Assembly: GCF_009914755.1 (NCBI RefSeq)
Contig: NC_060928.1
Strand: one strand, 5' to 3'
From: the human T2T-CHM13v2.0 reference genome, Homo sapiens
Length of the DNA: 64,000 nt
Positions 39,101 to 54,100 of the stretch are shown here, in pieces. Below the pieces are notes generated by a model. That model had not been told where the DNA came from. It did no database searches and saw only the letters and a list, made by a program, of their open reading frames with translations. Position 1 is the stretch's first letter. Each line of letters opens with the position of its first letter. The translations under genes and the position numbers were made by a program.

Positions 39101-42100
39101 TTGGATAGCTTTGAGGATTTCGTTGGAAACGGGTTATCTTCATATAAAATCCAGACAGGAGCATTCTCAGAAACTTCTTTGTGCTGCATGTCCTCAATTC
39201 ACAGAGCTGAACCTTTGTTTGGATACAGCATTTTGGAAACATTCCTTTAGTAGAATCTGCAAGTTGATATTTAGATAGCTTTGAAGATTTCGTTGGAAAC
39301 GGGAATATCTTCATAGAAAATCTAGACGGAAGCATTCTCAGAAACTGCTTTGTGATGTTTGCATTCAAGTCACAGAGTTGAATATTCCCTTTTATAGAGT
39401 AGGTTTGAAACACTCTTTCGGCACTACCTGGAAGTGGATATTTCGAGCTCTTTGAGGCCTATGGTTAAAAGGAAATATCTTCCCATAAAAACTAGACAGA
39501 AGCCGTCTCAGAAACTTGTTTGTGATGTGTGTATTCAACTACCAGAGTTGAACATTTCTGTTACAGAGCAATTTTAAAACACTCTTTTTGTGGAATCTGA
39601 AAGTGGATAATTGGATAGCTTTGTGGATTTCGTTGGAAACGGGATGACGTATAAAATCTAGAGAGAAGCATTCTCAGGAACTTCTTTCTGATGTTTGCAT
39701 TCAAGTCACAGAATTGAACATTCCTTTTCATAGTGCAGGTTTGAAACACTCTTTCTGTAGTATCTGGAAGTGGACATTTCAAGCGCTTTCAGGCCTACGG
39801 GGAGAAAGGAAATATCTTCAAATAAAAACTAGACAGAAGGATTCTCAGAAACTTATTTGTGATGTGTGTCCTAAACGAACACAGTTGAACCTTTGTTTTG
39901 ATACAGCATTTTGGAAACACTCCTTTTGTAGGATCTGCAGGTGGATATTTGGATAGATTTTAAGATTTCGTTGGAAACGGGAGTTTCTTCATAGAAACTC
40001 AAGACAGATGCATTCTCAGAAACATCTCTGTGATGTTTGCATTCCACTCATAGAGTTGAAAACTTCCTTTCATAGAGCAGGTTTGAAACACTCTTTTTGT
40101 AATATTTGGAAGTGGACATTTGCAGCGCTTTGAGGCCTATGGTGAAAAAGGAAATATCTTCTCATAAAAACCAGAAACAAGCATTCTCAGAAACTTCTTT
40201 TTGATGTGTGTACTCAAGTAACAGAGTTGAACCTTCCTTTTGACACAGCAGTTTTGAAACAATCTTTTTGTAGAATCTGCAAGTGGATATTTGGATAGCT
40301 TTGAGGATTTCGTTGGAAACGGGATATCTTCATATAAAATCTAGACAGAAGCATTCTCAGAAACTTCTTTGTGCTGTATGTCCTCAATTAACAGAGTTGA
40401 ACCATTGCTTGGATACAGCATTTTGGAAACATTCCTTGAGTAGAATCTGCAAGTTGATATTTAGATAGATTTGAAGATTTCGTTGGAAAAGGGAATATCT
40501 CCATAGAAAATCTAGAGGGAAGCATTCTCAGAAACTGCTTTGTGATGTTTCCATTCAAGTCACAGAGTTGAATATTCCCTTTTATAGAGCACGTTTGAAA
40601 CACTCTTTCTGCACTATCTGGAAGTGGACATTTCGAGCGCTTTGAGGCCTATGGTGAAAAAGGAAATATCTTCCCATAAAAACTAGACAGAAGCATTCTC
40701 AGAAACTTGTTTGTGATGTGTGTATTCAACTAACAGAGTTGAACTTTTGTTTTTACAGAGCCGTTTTAAAACACTCTTTTTGTGGAATCAGAAAGTGGAT
40801 ATTCGGATGGCTCTGAGGATTTCGTTGGAAGCGGGATTACATATAAAATCTAGAGAGAAGCATTCTCAGGAACTTCTTTGTGATGTTTGCATTGAAGTCA
40901 CAGAATTGAACATTCACTTTGATAGAGCAGGTTTGAAACACTCATTCTGTAGTATCTGGAAGTGGACATTTCAAGCGCTTTCAGGCCTATGGTGAGAAAG
41001 GAAATATCTTCGAATAAAAACTAGACAGAAGCATCCTCAGAAACTTATTTGTGATGTGTGTCCTCAACTAACAGAGTTGAAACTTTGTTTTGATACAGCA
41101 TTTTGGAAACACTCTTTTTGTAGAATCTGCAGGTGGATATTTGGATAGCTTAGAGGGATTCGTTGGAAAGGGGATATCTTCATATAAAATCTAGACAGAA
41201 GCATTCTCAGAAACTTATTTGTGATGTGTGTCCTCAACTAACAGAGTTGAACCTTGGTTTTGATACAGCATTTTGGAAACACTCCTTTTGTAGAATCTGC
41301 AGGTGGATATGTGGATAGCTCTGAAGATTTCGTTGGAAACGGGAATTTCTTCATATAAAATCAAACAGAAGCATTCTCAGAAACTTCTCAGTGATGTTTG
41401 CATTCAGCTCATGGAGTTGAACACTTCCTTTCATAGAGCCGGTTTGAAACACTCTTTCTGCACTACCTGGAAGAGGACATTTCGAGCGCTTTGAGTCCTA
41501 TGGTGAAAAAGGAAATATCTTCTCATAAAAACCAGAAAGAAGCATTCTCAGAAACTTCTTTGTGTTGTGTGTACTCATGTAACAGTGTTGAACCATCCTT
41601 TTGACAGAGCAGTTTTGAAACACTCTTTTTGTAGAATCTGCAAGTGGATATTTGGATAGCTTTGAGGATTTCGTTGGAAACGGGATGACATATAATATCT
41701 AGAGAGAAGCATTCTCAGGAACTTCTTTGTGATGTTTGCATTCAAGTCACAGAATTGAACATTCCCTTTCATAGAGCAGGTTTGAAACACTCTTTCTCTA
41801 GTATCTGGAAGTGGGCATTTCAAGCGCTTTCAGGCCTATGGAGAGAAAGGAAATACCTTCAAATAAAAACTAGACAGAAGCATTCTCAGAAACTTATTTG
41901 TGATGTGTGTCCTCAACTAACAGAGTTGAACCTTTGTTTTGATACAGCATTTTGGAAACACTCCTTTTGTAGAATCTGCAGGTGGATATTTGGATAACTT
42001 TGAAGATTTCGTTGGAAACCGGAATATCTTCATATAAAATCAAGACAGAAGCATTCTCGGAAACATCTCTGTGATGTTTGCATTCAACTCAGTAGAGTTG

Positions 42101-45100
42101 AACACTTCCTTTCATAGAGCCGGTTTGAAACACTCTTTCTGCACTACCTGGAAGCGGACATTTCGAGCGCTTTGAGGCCTATGGTGAAAAAGGAAATATC
42201 TTCTCATAAAAACCAGAAAGAAGCATTCTCAGAAACTTCTTTGTGTTGTGTGTACTCAAGTAACAGTGTTGAACCTTCCTTTTGACACAGCAGTTTTGAA
42301 ACACTCTTTTGGTAGAATCTGCAAGTGGATATTTGGATAGCTTTGAGGATTTCGTTGGAAACGGGTTATCTTCATATAAAATCCAGACAGGAGCATTCTC
42401 AGAAACTTCTTTGTGCTGCATGTCCTCAATTCACAGAGCTGAACCTTTGTTTGGATACAGCATTTTGGAAACATTCCTTTAGTAGAATCTGCAAGTTGAT
42501 ATTTAGATAGCTTTGAAGATTTCGTTGGAAACGGGAATATCTTCATAGAAAATCTAGACGGAAGCATTCTCAGAAACTGCTTTGTGATGTTTGCATTCAA
42601 GTCACAGAGTTGAATATTCCCTTTTATAGAGTAGGTTTGAAACACTCTTTCGGCACTACCTGGAAGTGGATATTTCGAGCTCTTTGAGGCCTATGGTTAA
42701 AAGGAAATATCTTCCCATAAAAACTAGACAGAAGCCGTCTCAGAAACTTGTTTGTGATGTGTGTATTCAACTACCAGAGTTGAACATTTCTGTTACAGAG
42801 CAATTTTAAAACACTCTTTTTGTGGAATCTGAAAGTGGATAATTGGATAGCTTTGTGGATTTCGTTGGAAACGGGATGACGTATAAAATCTAGAGAGAAG
42901 CATTCTCAGGAACTTCTTTCTGATGTTTGCATTCAAGTCACAGAATTGAACATTCCTTTTCATAGTGCAGGTTTGAAACACTCTTTCTGTAGTATCTGGA
43001 AGTGGACATTTCAAGCGCTTTCAGGCCTACGGGGAGAAAGGAAATATCTTCAAATAAAAACGAGACAGAAGGATTCTCAGAAACTTATTTGTGATGTGTG
43101 TCCTAAACGAACACAGTTGAACCTTTGTTTTGATACAGCATTTTGGAAACACTCCTTTTGTAGGATCTGCAGGTGGATATTTGGATAGATTTTAAGATTT
43201 CGTTGGAAACGGGAGTTTCTTCATAGAAACTCAAGACAGATGCATTCTCAGAAACATCTCTGTGATGTTTGCATTCCACTCATAGAGTTGAAAACTTCCT
43301 TTCATAGAGCAGGTTTGAAACACTCTTTTTGTAATATTTGGAAGTGGACATTTGCAGCGCTTTGAGGCCTATGGTGAAAAAGGAAATATCTTCTCATAAA
43401 AACCAGAAACAAGCATTCTCAGAAACTTCTTTTTGATGTGTGTACTCAAGTAACAGAGTTGAACCTTCCTTTTGACACAGCAGTTTTGAAACAATCTTTT
43501 TGTAGAATCTGCAAGTGGATATTTGGATAGCTTTGAGGATTTCGTTGGAAACGGGATATCTTCATATAAAATCTAGACAGAAGCATTCTCAGAAACTTCT
43601 TTGTGCTGTATGTCCTCAATTAACAGAGTTGAACCATTGCTTGGATACAGCATTTTGGAAACATTCCTTGAGTAGAATCTGCAAGTTGATATTTAGATAG
43701 ATTTGAAGATTTCGTTGGAAAAGGGAATATCTCCATAGAAAATCTAGAGGGAAGCATTCTCAGAAACTGCTTTGTGATGTTTCCATTCAAGTCACAGAGT
43801 TGAATATTCCCTTTTATAGAGCACGTTTGAAACACTCTTTCTGCACTATCTGGAAGTGGACATTTCGAGCGCTTTGAGGCCTATGGTGAAAAAGGAAATA
43901 TCTTCCCATAAAAACTAGACAGAAGCATTCTCAGAAACTTGTTTGTGATGTGTGTATTCAACTAACAGAGTTGAACTTTTGTTTTTACAGAGCCGTTTTA
44001 AAACACTCTTTTTGTGGAATCAGAAAGTGGATATTCGGATGGCTCTGAGGATTTCGTTGGAAGCGGGATTACATATAAAATCTAGAGAGAAGCATTCTCA
44101 GGAACTTCTTTGTGATGTTTGCATTGAAGTCACAGAATTGAACATTCACTTTGATAGAGCAGGTTTGAAACACTCATTCTGTAGTATCTGGAAGTGGACA
44201 TTTCAAGCGCTTTCAGGCCTATGGTGAGAAAGGAAATATCTTCGAATAAAAACTAGACAGAAGCATCCTCAGAAACTTATTTGTGATGTGTGTCCTCAAC
44301 TAACAGAGTTGAAACTTTGTTTTGATACAGCATTTTGGAAACACTCTTTTTGTAGAATCTGCAGGTGGATATTTGGATAGCTTAGAGGGATTCGTTGGAA
44401 AGGGGATATCTTCATATAAAATCTAGACAGAAGCATTCTCAGAAACTTATTTGTGATGTGTGTCCTCAACTAACAGAGTTGAACCTTGGTTTTGATACAG
44501 CATTTTGGAAACACTCCTTTTGTAGAATCTGCAGGTGGATATGTGGATAGCTCTGAAGATTTCGTTGGAAACGGGAATTTCTTCATATAAAATCAAACAG
44601 AAGCATTCTCAGAAACTTCTCAGTGATGTTTGCATTCAGCTCATGGAGTTGAACACTTCCTTTCATAGAGCCGGTTTGAAACACTCTTTCTGCACTACCT
44701 GGAAGAGGACATTTCGAGCGCTTTGAGTCCTATGGTGAAAAAGGAAATATCTTCTCATAAAAACCAGAAAGAAGCATTCTCAGAAACTTCTTTGTGTTGT
44801 GTGTACTCATGTAACAGTGTTGAACCATCCTTTTGACAGAGCAGTTTTGAAACACTCTTTTTGTAGAATCTGCAAGTGGATATTTGGATAGCTTTGAGGA
44901 TTTCGTTGGAAACGGGATGACATATAATATCTAGAGAGAAGCATTCTCAGGAACTTCTTTGTGATGTTTGCATTCAAGTCACAGAATTGAACATTCCCTT
45001 TCATAGAGCAGGTTTGAAACACTCTTTCTCTAGTATCTGGAAGTGGGCATTTCAAGCGCTTTCAGGCCTATGGAGAGAAAGGAAATACCTTCAAATAAAA

Positions 45101-48100
45101 ACTAGACAGAAGCATTCTCAGAAACTTATTTGTGATGTGTGTCCTCAACTAACAGAGTTGAACCTTTGTTTTGATACAGCATTTTGGAAACACTCCTTTT
45201 GTAGAATCTGCAGGTGGATATTTGGATAACTTTGAAGATTTCGTTGGAAACCGGAATATCTTCATATAAAATCAAGACAGAAGCATTCTCGGAAACATCT
45301 CTGTGATGTTTGCATTCAACTCAGTAGAGTTGAACACTTCCTTTCATAGAGCCGGTTTGAAACACTCTTTCTGCACTACCTGGAAGCGGACATTTCGAGC
45401 GCTTTGAGGCCTATGGTGAAAAAGGAAATATCTTCTCATAAAAACCAGAAAGAAGCATTCTCAGAAACTTCTTTGTGTTGTGTGTACTCAAGTAACAGTG
45501 TTGAACCTTCCTTTTGACACAGCAGTTTTGAAACACTCTTTTGGTAGAATCTGCAAGTGGATATTTGGATAGCTTTGAGGATTTCGTTGGAAACGGGTTA
45601 TCTTCATATAAAATCCAGACAGGAGCATTCTCAGAAACTTCTTTGTGCTGCATGTCCTCAATTCACAGAGCTGAACCTTTGTTTGGATACAGCATTTTGG
45701 AAACATTCCTTTAGTAGAATCTGCAAGTTGATATTTAGATAGCTTTGAAGATTTCGTTGGAAACGGGAATATCTTCATAGAAAATCTAGACGGAAGCATT
45801 CTCAGAAACTGCTTTGTGATGTTTGCATTCAAGTCACAGAGTTGAATATTCCCTTTTATAGAGTAGGTTTGAAACACTCTTTCGGCACTACCTGGAAGTG
45901 GATATTTCGAGCTCTTTGAGGCCTATGGTTAAAAGGAAATATCTTCCCATAAAAACTAGACAGAAGCCGTCTCAGAAACTTGTTTGTGATGTGTGTATTC
46001 AACTACCAGAGTTGAACATTTCTGTTACAGAGCAATTTTAAAACACTCTTTTTGTGGAATCTGAAAGTGGATAATTGGATAGCTTTGTGGATTTCGTTGG
46101 AAACGGGATGACGTATAAAATCTAGAGAGAAGCATTCTCAGGAACTTCTTTCTGATGTTTGCATTCAAGTCACAGAATTGAACATTCCTTTTCATAGTGC
46201 AGGTTTGAAACACTCTTTCTGTAGTATCTGGAAGTGGACATTTCAAGCGCTTTCAGGCCTACGGGGAGAAAGGAAATATCTTCAAATAAAAACTAGACAG
46301 AAGGATTCTCAGAAACTTATTTGTGATGTGTGTCCTAAACGAACACAGTTGAACCTTTGTTTTGATACAGCATTTTGGAAACACTCCTTTTGTAGGATCT
46401 GCAGGTGGATATTTGGATAGATTTTAAGATTTCGTTGGAAACGGGAGTTTCTTCATAGAAACTCAAGACAGATGCATTCTCAGAAACAACTCTGTGATGT
46501 TTGCATTCCACTCATAGAGTTGAAAACTTCCTTTCATAGAGCAGGTTTGAAACACTCTTTTTGTAATATTTGGAAGTGGACATTTGCAGCGCTTTGAGGC
46601 CTATGGTGAAAAAGGAAATATCTTCTCATAAAAACCAGAAACAAGCATTCTCAGAAACTTCTTTTTGATGTGTGTACTCAAGTAACAGAGTTGAACCTTC
46701 CTTTTGACACAGCAGTTTTGAAACAATCTTTTTGTAGAATCTGCAAGTGGATATTTGGATAGCTTTGAGGATTTCGTTGGAAACGGGATATCTTCATATA
46801 AAATCTAGACAGAAGCTTTCTCAGAAACTTCTTTGTGCTGTATGTCCTCAATTAACAGATTTGAACCATTGCTTGGATACAGCATTTTGGAAACATTCCT
46901 TGAGTAGAATCTGCAAGTTGATATTTAGGTAGATTTGAAGATTTCGTTGGAAAAGGGAATATCTCCATAGAAAATCTAGAGGGAAGCATTCTCAGAAACT
47001 GCTTTGTGATGTTTCCATTCAAGTCACAGAGTTGAATATTCCCTTTTATAGAGCACGTTTGAAACACTCTTTCTGCACTATCTGGAAGTGGACATTTCGA
47101 GCGCTTTGAGGCCTATGGTGAAAAAGGAAATATCTTCCCATAAAAACTAGACAGAAGCATTCTCAGAAACTTGTTTGTGATGTGTGTATTCAACTAACAG
47201 AGTTGAACTTTTGTTTTTACAGAGCCGTTTTAAAACACTCTTTTTGTGGAATCAGAAAGTGGATATTCGGATGGCTCTGAGGATTTCGTTGGAAGCGGGA
47301 TTACATATAAAATCTAGAGAGAAGCATTCTCAGGAACTTCTTTGTGATGTTTGCATTGAAGTCACAGAATTGAACATTCACTTTGATAGAGCAGGTTTGA
47401 AACACTCATTCTGTAGTATCTGGAAGTGGACATTTCAAGCGCTTTCAGGCCTATGGTGAGAAAGGAAATATCTTCGAATAAAAACTAGACAGAAGCATCC
47501 TCAGAAACTTATTTGTGATGTGTGTCCTCAACTAACAGAGTTGAAACTTTGTTTTGATACAGCATTTTGGAAACACTCTTTTTGTAGAATCTGCAGGTGG
47601 ATATTTGGATAGCTTAGAGGGATTCGTTGGAAAGGGGATATCTTCATATAAAATCTAGACAGAAGCATTCTCAGAAACTTATTTGTGATGTGTGTCCTCA
47701 ACTAACAGAGTTGAACCTTGGTTTTGATACAGCATTTTGGAAACACTCCTTTTGTAGAATCTGCAGGTGGATATGTGGATAGCTCTGAAGATTTCGTTGG
47801 AAACGGGAATTTCTTCATATAAAATCAAACAGAAGCATTCTCAGAAACTTCTCAGTGATGTTTGCATTCAGCTCATGGAGTTGAACACTTCCTTTCATAG
47901 AGCCGGTTTGAAACACTCTTTCTGCACTACCTGGAAGAGGACATTTCGAGCGCTTTGAGTCCTATGGTGAAAAAGGAAATATCTTCTCATAAAAACCAGA
48001 AAGAAGCATTCTCAGAAACTTCTTTGTGTTGTGTGTACTCATGTAACAGTGTTGAACCATCCTTTTGACAGAGCAGTTTTGAAACACTCTTTTTGTAGAA

Positions 48101-51100
48101 TCTGCAAGTGGATATTTGGATAGCTTTGAGGATTTCGTTGGAAACGGGATGACATATAATATCTAGAGAGAAGCATTCTCAGGAACTTCTTTGTGATGTT
48201 TGCATTCAAGTCACAGAATTGAACATTCCCTTTCATAGAGCAGGTTTGAAACACTCTTTCTCTAGTATCTGGAAGTGGGCATTTCAAGCGCTTTCAGGCC
48301 TATGGAGAGAAAGGAAATACCTTCAAATAAAAACTAGACAGAAGCATTCTCAGAAACTTATTTGTGATGTGTGTCCTCAACTAACAGAGTTGAACCTTTG
48401 TTTTGATACAGCATTTTGGAAACACTCCTTTTGTAGAATCTGCAGGTGGATATTTGGATAACTTTGAAGATTTCGTTGGAAACCGGAATATCTTCATATA
48501 AAATCAAGACAGAAGCATTCTCGGAAACATCTCTGTGATGTTTGCATTCAACTCAGTAGAGTTGAACACTTCCTTTCATAGAGCCGGTTTGAAACACTCT
48601 TTCTGCACTACCTGGAAGCGGACATTTCGAGCGCTTTGAGGCCTATGGTGAAAAAGGAAATATCTTCTCATAAAAACCAGAAAGAAGCATTCTCAGAAAC
48701 TTCTTTGTGTTGTGTGTACTCAAGTAACAGTGTTGAACCTTCCTTTTGACACAGCAGTTTTGAAACACTCTTTTGGTAGAATCTGCAAGTGGATATTTGG
48801 ATAGCTTTGAGGATTTCGTTGGAAACGGGTTATCTTCATATAAAATCCAGACAGGAGCATTCTCAGAAACTTCTTTGTGCTGCATGTCCTCAATTCACAG
48901 AGCTGAACCTTTGTTTGGATACAGCATTTTGGAAACATTCCTTTAGTAGAATCTGCAAGTTGATATTTAGATAGCTTTGAAGATTTCGTTGGAAACGGGA
49001 ATATCTTCATAGAAAATCTAGACGGAAGCATTCTCAGAAACTGCTTTGTGATGTTTGCATTCAAGTCACAGAGTTGAATATTCCCTTTTATAGAGTAGGT
49101 TTGAAACACTCTTTCGGCACTACCTGGAAGTGGATATTTCGAGCTCTTTGAGGCCTATGGTTAAAAGGAAATATCTTCCCATAAAAACTAGACAGAAGCC
49201 GTCTCAGAAACTTGTTTGTGATGTGTGTATTCAACTACCAGAGTTGAACATTTCTGTTACAGAGCAATTTTAAAACACTCTTTTTGTGGAATCTGAAAGT
49301 GGATAATTGGATAGCTTTGTGGATTTCGTTGGAAACGGGATGACGTATAAAATCTAGAGAGAAGCATTCTCAGGAACTTCTTTCTGATGTTTGCATTCAA
49401 GTCACAGAATTGAACATTCCTTTTCATAGTGCAGGTTTGAAACACTCTTTCTGTAGTATCTGGAAGTGGACATTTCAAGCGCTTTCAGGCCTACGGGGAG
49501 AAAGGAAATATCTTCAAATAAAAACTAGACAGAAGGATTCTCAGAAACTTATTTGTGATGTGTGTCCTAAACGAACACAGTTGAACCTTTGTTTTGATAC
49601 AGCATTTTGGAAACACTCCTTTTGTAGGATCTGCAGGTGGATATTTGGATAGATTTTAAGATTTCGTTGGAAACGGGAGTTTCTTCATAGAAACTCAAGA
49701 CAGATGCATTCTCAGAAACATCTCTGTGATGTTTGCATTCCACTCATAGAGTTGAAAACTTCCTTTCATAGAGCAGGTTTGAAACACTCTTTTTGTAATA
49801 TTTGGAAGTGGACATTTGCAGCGCTTTGAGGCCTATGGTGAAAAAGGAAATATCTTCTCATAAAAACCAGAAACAAGCATTCTCAGAAACTTCTTTTTGA
49901 TGTGTGTACTCAAGTAACAGAGTTGAACCTTCCTTTTGACACAGCAGTTTTGAAACAATCTTTTTGTAGAATCTGCAAGTGGATATTTGGATAGCTTTGA
50001 GGATTTCGTTGGAAACGGGATATCTTCATATAAAATCTAGACAGAAGCATTCTCAGAAACTTCTTTGTGCTGTATGTCCTCAATTAACAGAGTTGAACCA
50101 TTGCTTGGATACAGCATTTTGGAAACATTCCTTGAGTAGAATCTGCAAGTTGATATTTAGATAGATTTGAAGATTTCGTTGGAAAAGGGAATATCTCCAT
50201 AGAAAATCTAGAGGGAAGCATTCTCAGAAACTGCTTTGTGATGTTTCCATTCAAGTCACAGAGTTGAATATTCCCTTTTATAGAGCACGTTTGAAACACT
50301 CTTTCTGCACTATCTGGAAGTGGACATTTCGAGCGCTTTGAGGCCTATGGTGAAAAAGGAAATATCTTCCCATAAAAACTAGACAGAAGCATTCTCAGAA
50401 ACTTGTTTGTGATGTGTGTATTCAACTAACAGAGTTGAACTTTTGTTTTTACAGAGCCGTTTTAAAACACTCTTTTTGTGGAATCAGAAAGTGGATATTC
50501 GGATGGCTCTGAGGATTTCGTTGGAAGCGGGATTACATATAAAATCTAGAGAGAAGCATTCTCAGGAACTTCTTTGTGATGTTTGCATTGAAGTCACAGA
50601 ATTGAACATTCACTTTGATAGAGCAGGTTTGAAACACTCATTCTGTAGTATCTGGAAGTGGACATTTCAAGCGCTTTCAGGCCTATGGTGAGAAAGGAAA
50701 TATCTTCGAATAAAAACTAGACAGAAGCATCCTCAGAAACTTATTTGTGATGTGTGTCCTCAACTAACAGAGTTGAAACTTTGTTTTGATACAGCATTTT
50801 GGAAACACTCTTTTTGTAGAATCTGCAGGTGGATATTTGGATAGCTTAGAGGGATTCGTTGGAAAGGGGATATCTTCATATAAAATCTAGACAGAAGCAT
50901 TCTCAGAAACTTATTTGTGATGTGTGTCCTCAACTAACAGAGTTGAACCTTGGTTTTGATACAGCATTTTGGAAACACTCCTTTTGTAGAATCTGCAGGT
51001 GGATATGTGGATAGCTCTGAAGATTTCGTTGGAAACGGGAATTTCTTCATATAAAATCAAACAGAAGCATTCTCAGAAACTTCTCAGTGATGTTTGCATT

Positions 51101-54100
51101 CAGCTCATGGAGTTGAACACTTCCTTTCATAGAGCCGGTTTGAAACACTCTTTCTGCACTACCTGGAAGAGGACATTTCGAGCGCTTTGAGTCCTATGGT
51201 GAAAAAGGAAATATCTTCTCATAAAAACCAGAAAGAAGCATTCTCAGAAACTTCTTTGTGTTGTGTGTACTCATGTAACAGTGTTGAACCATCCTTTTGA
51301 CAGAGCAGTTTTGAAACACTCTTTTTGTAGAATCTGCAAGTGGATATTTGGATAGCTTTGAGGATTTCGTTGGAAACGGGATGACATATAATATCTAGAG
51401 AGAAGCATTCTCAGGAACTTCTTTGTGATGTTTGCATTCAAGTCACAGAATTGAACATTCCCTTTCATAGAGCAGGTTTGAAACACTCTTTCTCTAGTAT
51501 CTGGAAGTGGGCATTTCAAGCGCTTTCAGGCCTATGGAGAGAAAGGAAATACCTTCAAATAAAAACTAGACAGAAGCATTCTCAGAAACTTATTTGTGAT
51601 GTGTGTCCTCAACTAACAGAGTTGAACCTTTGTTTTGATACAGCATTTTGGAAACACTCCTTTTGTAGAATCTGCAGGTGGATATTTGGATAACTTTGAA
51701 GATTTCGTTGGAAACCGGAATATCTTCATATAAAATCAAGACAGAAGCATTCTCGGAAACATCTCTGTGATGTTTGCATTCAACTCAGTAGAGTTGAACA
51801 CTTCCTTTCATAGAGCCGGTTTGAAACACTCTTTCTGCACTACCTGGAAGCGGACATTTCGAGCGCTTTGAGGCCTATGGTGAAAAAGGAAATATCTTCT
51901 CATAAAAACCAGAAAGAAGCATTCTCAGAAACTTCTTTGTGTTGTGTGTACTCAAGTAACAGTGTTGAACCTTCCTTTTGACACAGCAGTTTTGAAACAC
52001 TCTTTTGGTAGAATCTGCAAGTGGATATTTGGATAGCTTTGAGGATTTCGTTGGAAACGGGTTATCTTCATATAAAATCCAGACAGGAGCATTCTCAGAA
52101 ACTTCTTTGTGCTGCATGTCCTCAATTCACAGAGCTGAACCTTTGTTTGGATACAGCATTTTGGAAACATTCCTTTAGTAGAATCTGCAAGTTGATATTT
52201 AGATAGCTTTGAAGATTTCGTTGGAAACGGGAATATCTTCATAGAAAATCTAGACGGAAGCATTCTCAGAAACTGCTTTGTGATGTTTGCATTCAAGTCA
52301 CAGAGTTGAATATTCCCTTTTATAGAGTAGGTTTGAAACACTCTTTCGGCACTACCTGGAAGTGGATATTTCGAGCTCTTTGAGGCCTATGGTTAAAAGG
52401 AAATATCTTCCCATAAAAACTAGACAGAAGCCGTCTCAGAAACTTGTTTGTGATGTGTGTATTCAACTACCAGAGTTGAACATTTCTGTTACAGAGCAAT
52501 TTTAAAACACTCTTTTTGTGGAATCTGAAAGTGGATAATTGGATAGCTTTGTGGATTTCGTTGGAAACGGGATGACGTATAAAATCTAGAGAGAAGCATT
52601 CTCAGGAACTTCTTTCTGATGTTTGCATTCAAGTCACAGAATTGAACATTCCTTTTCATAGTGCAGGTTTGAAACACTCTTTCTGTAGTATCTGGAAGTG
52701 GACATTTCAAGCGCTTTCAGGCCTACGGGGAGAAAGGAAATATCTTCAAATAAAAACTAGACAGAAGGATTCTCAGAAACTTATTTGTGATGTGTGTCCT
52801 AAACGAACACAGTTGAACCTTTGTTTTGATACAGCATTTTGGAAACACTCCTTTTGTAGGATCTGCAGGTGGATATTTGGATAGATTTTAAGATTTCGTT
52901 GGAAACGGGAGTTTCTTCATAGAAACTCAAGACAGATGCATTCTCAGAAACATCTCTGTGATGTTTGCATTCCACTCATAGAGTTGAAAACTTCCTTTCA
53001 TAGAGCAGGTTTGAAACACTCTTTTTGTAATATTTGGAAGTGGACATTTGCAGCGCTTTGAGGCCTATGGTGAAAAAGGAAATATCTTCTCATAAAAACC
53101 AGAAACAAGCATTCTCAGAAACTTCTTTTTGATGTGTGTACTCAAGTAACAGAGTTGAACCTTCCTTTTGACACAGCAGTTTTGAAACAATCTTTTTGTA
53201 GAATCTGCAAGTGGATATTTGGATAGCTTTGAGGATTTCGTTGGAAACGGGATATCTTCATATAAAATCTAGACAGAAGCATTCTCAGAAACTTCTTTGT
53301 GCTGTATGTCCTCAATTAACAGAGTTGAACCATTGCTTGGATACAGCATTTTGGAAACATTCCTTGAGTAGAATCTGCAAGTTGATATTTAGATAGATTT
53401 GAAGATTTCGTTGGAAAAGGGAATATCTCCATAGAAAATCTAGAGGGAAGCATTCTCAGAAACTGCTTTGTGATGTTTCCATTCAAGTCACAGAGTTGAA
53501 TATTCCCTTTTATAGAGCACGTTTGAAACACTCTTTCTGCACTATCTGGAAGTGGACATTTCGAGCGCTTTGAGGCCTATGGTGAAAAAGGAAATATCTT
53601 CCCATAAAAACTAGACAGAAGCATTCTCAGAAACTTGTTTGTGATGTGTGTATTCAACTAACAGAGTTGAACTTTTGTTTTTACAGAGCCGTTTTAAAAC
53701 ACTCTTTTTGTGGAATCAGAAAGTGGATATTCGGATGGCTCTGAGGATTTCGTTGGAAGCGGGATTACATATAAAATCTAGAGAGAAGCATTCTCAGGAA
53801 CTTCTTTGTGATGTTTGCATTGAAGTCACAGAATTGAACATTCACTTTGATAGAGCAGGTTTGAAACACTCATTCTGTAGTATCTGGAAGTGGACATTTC
53901 AAGCGCTTTCAGGCCTATGGTGAGAAAGGAAATATCTTCGAATAAAAACTAGACAGAAGCATCCTCAGAAACTTATTTGTGATGTGTGTCCTCAACTAAC
54001 AGAGTTGAAACTTTGTTTTGATACAGCATTTTGGAAACACTCTTTTTGTAGAATCTGCAGGTGGATATTTGGATAGCTTAGAGGGATTCGTTGGAAAGGG

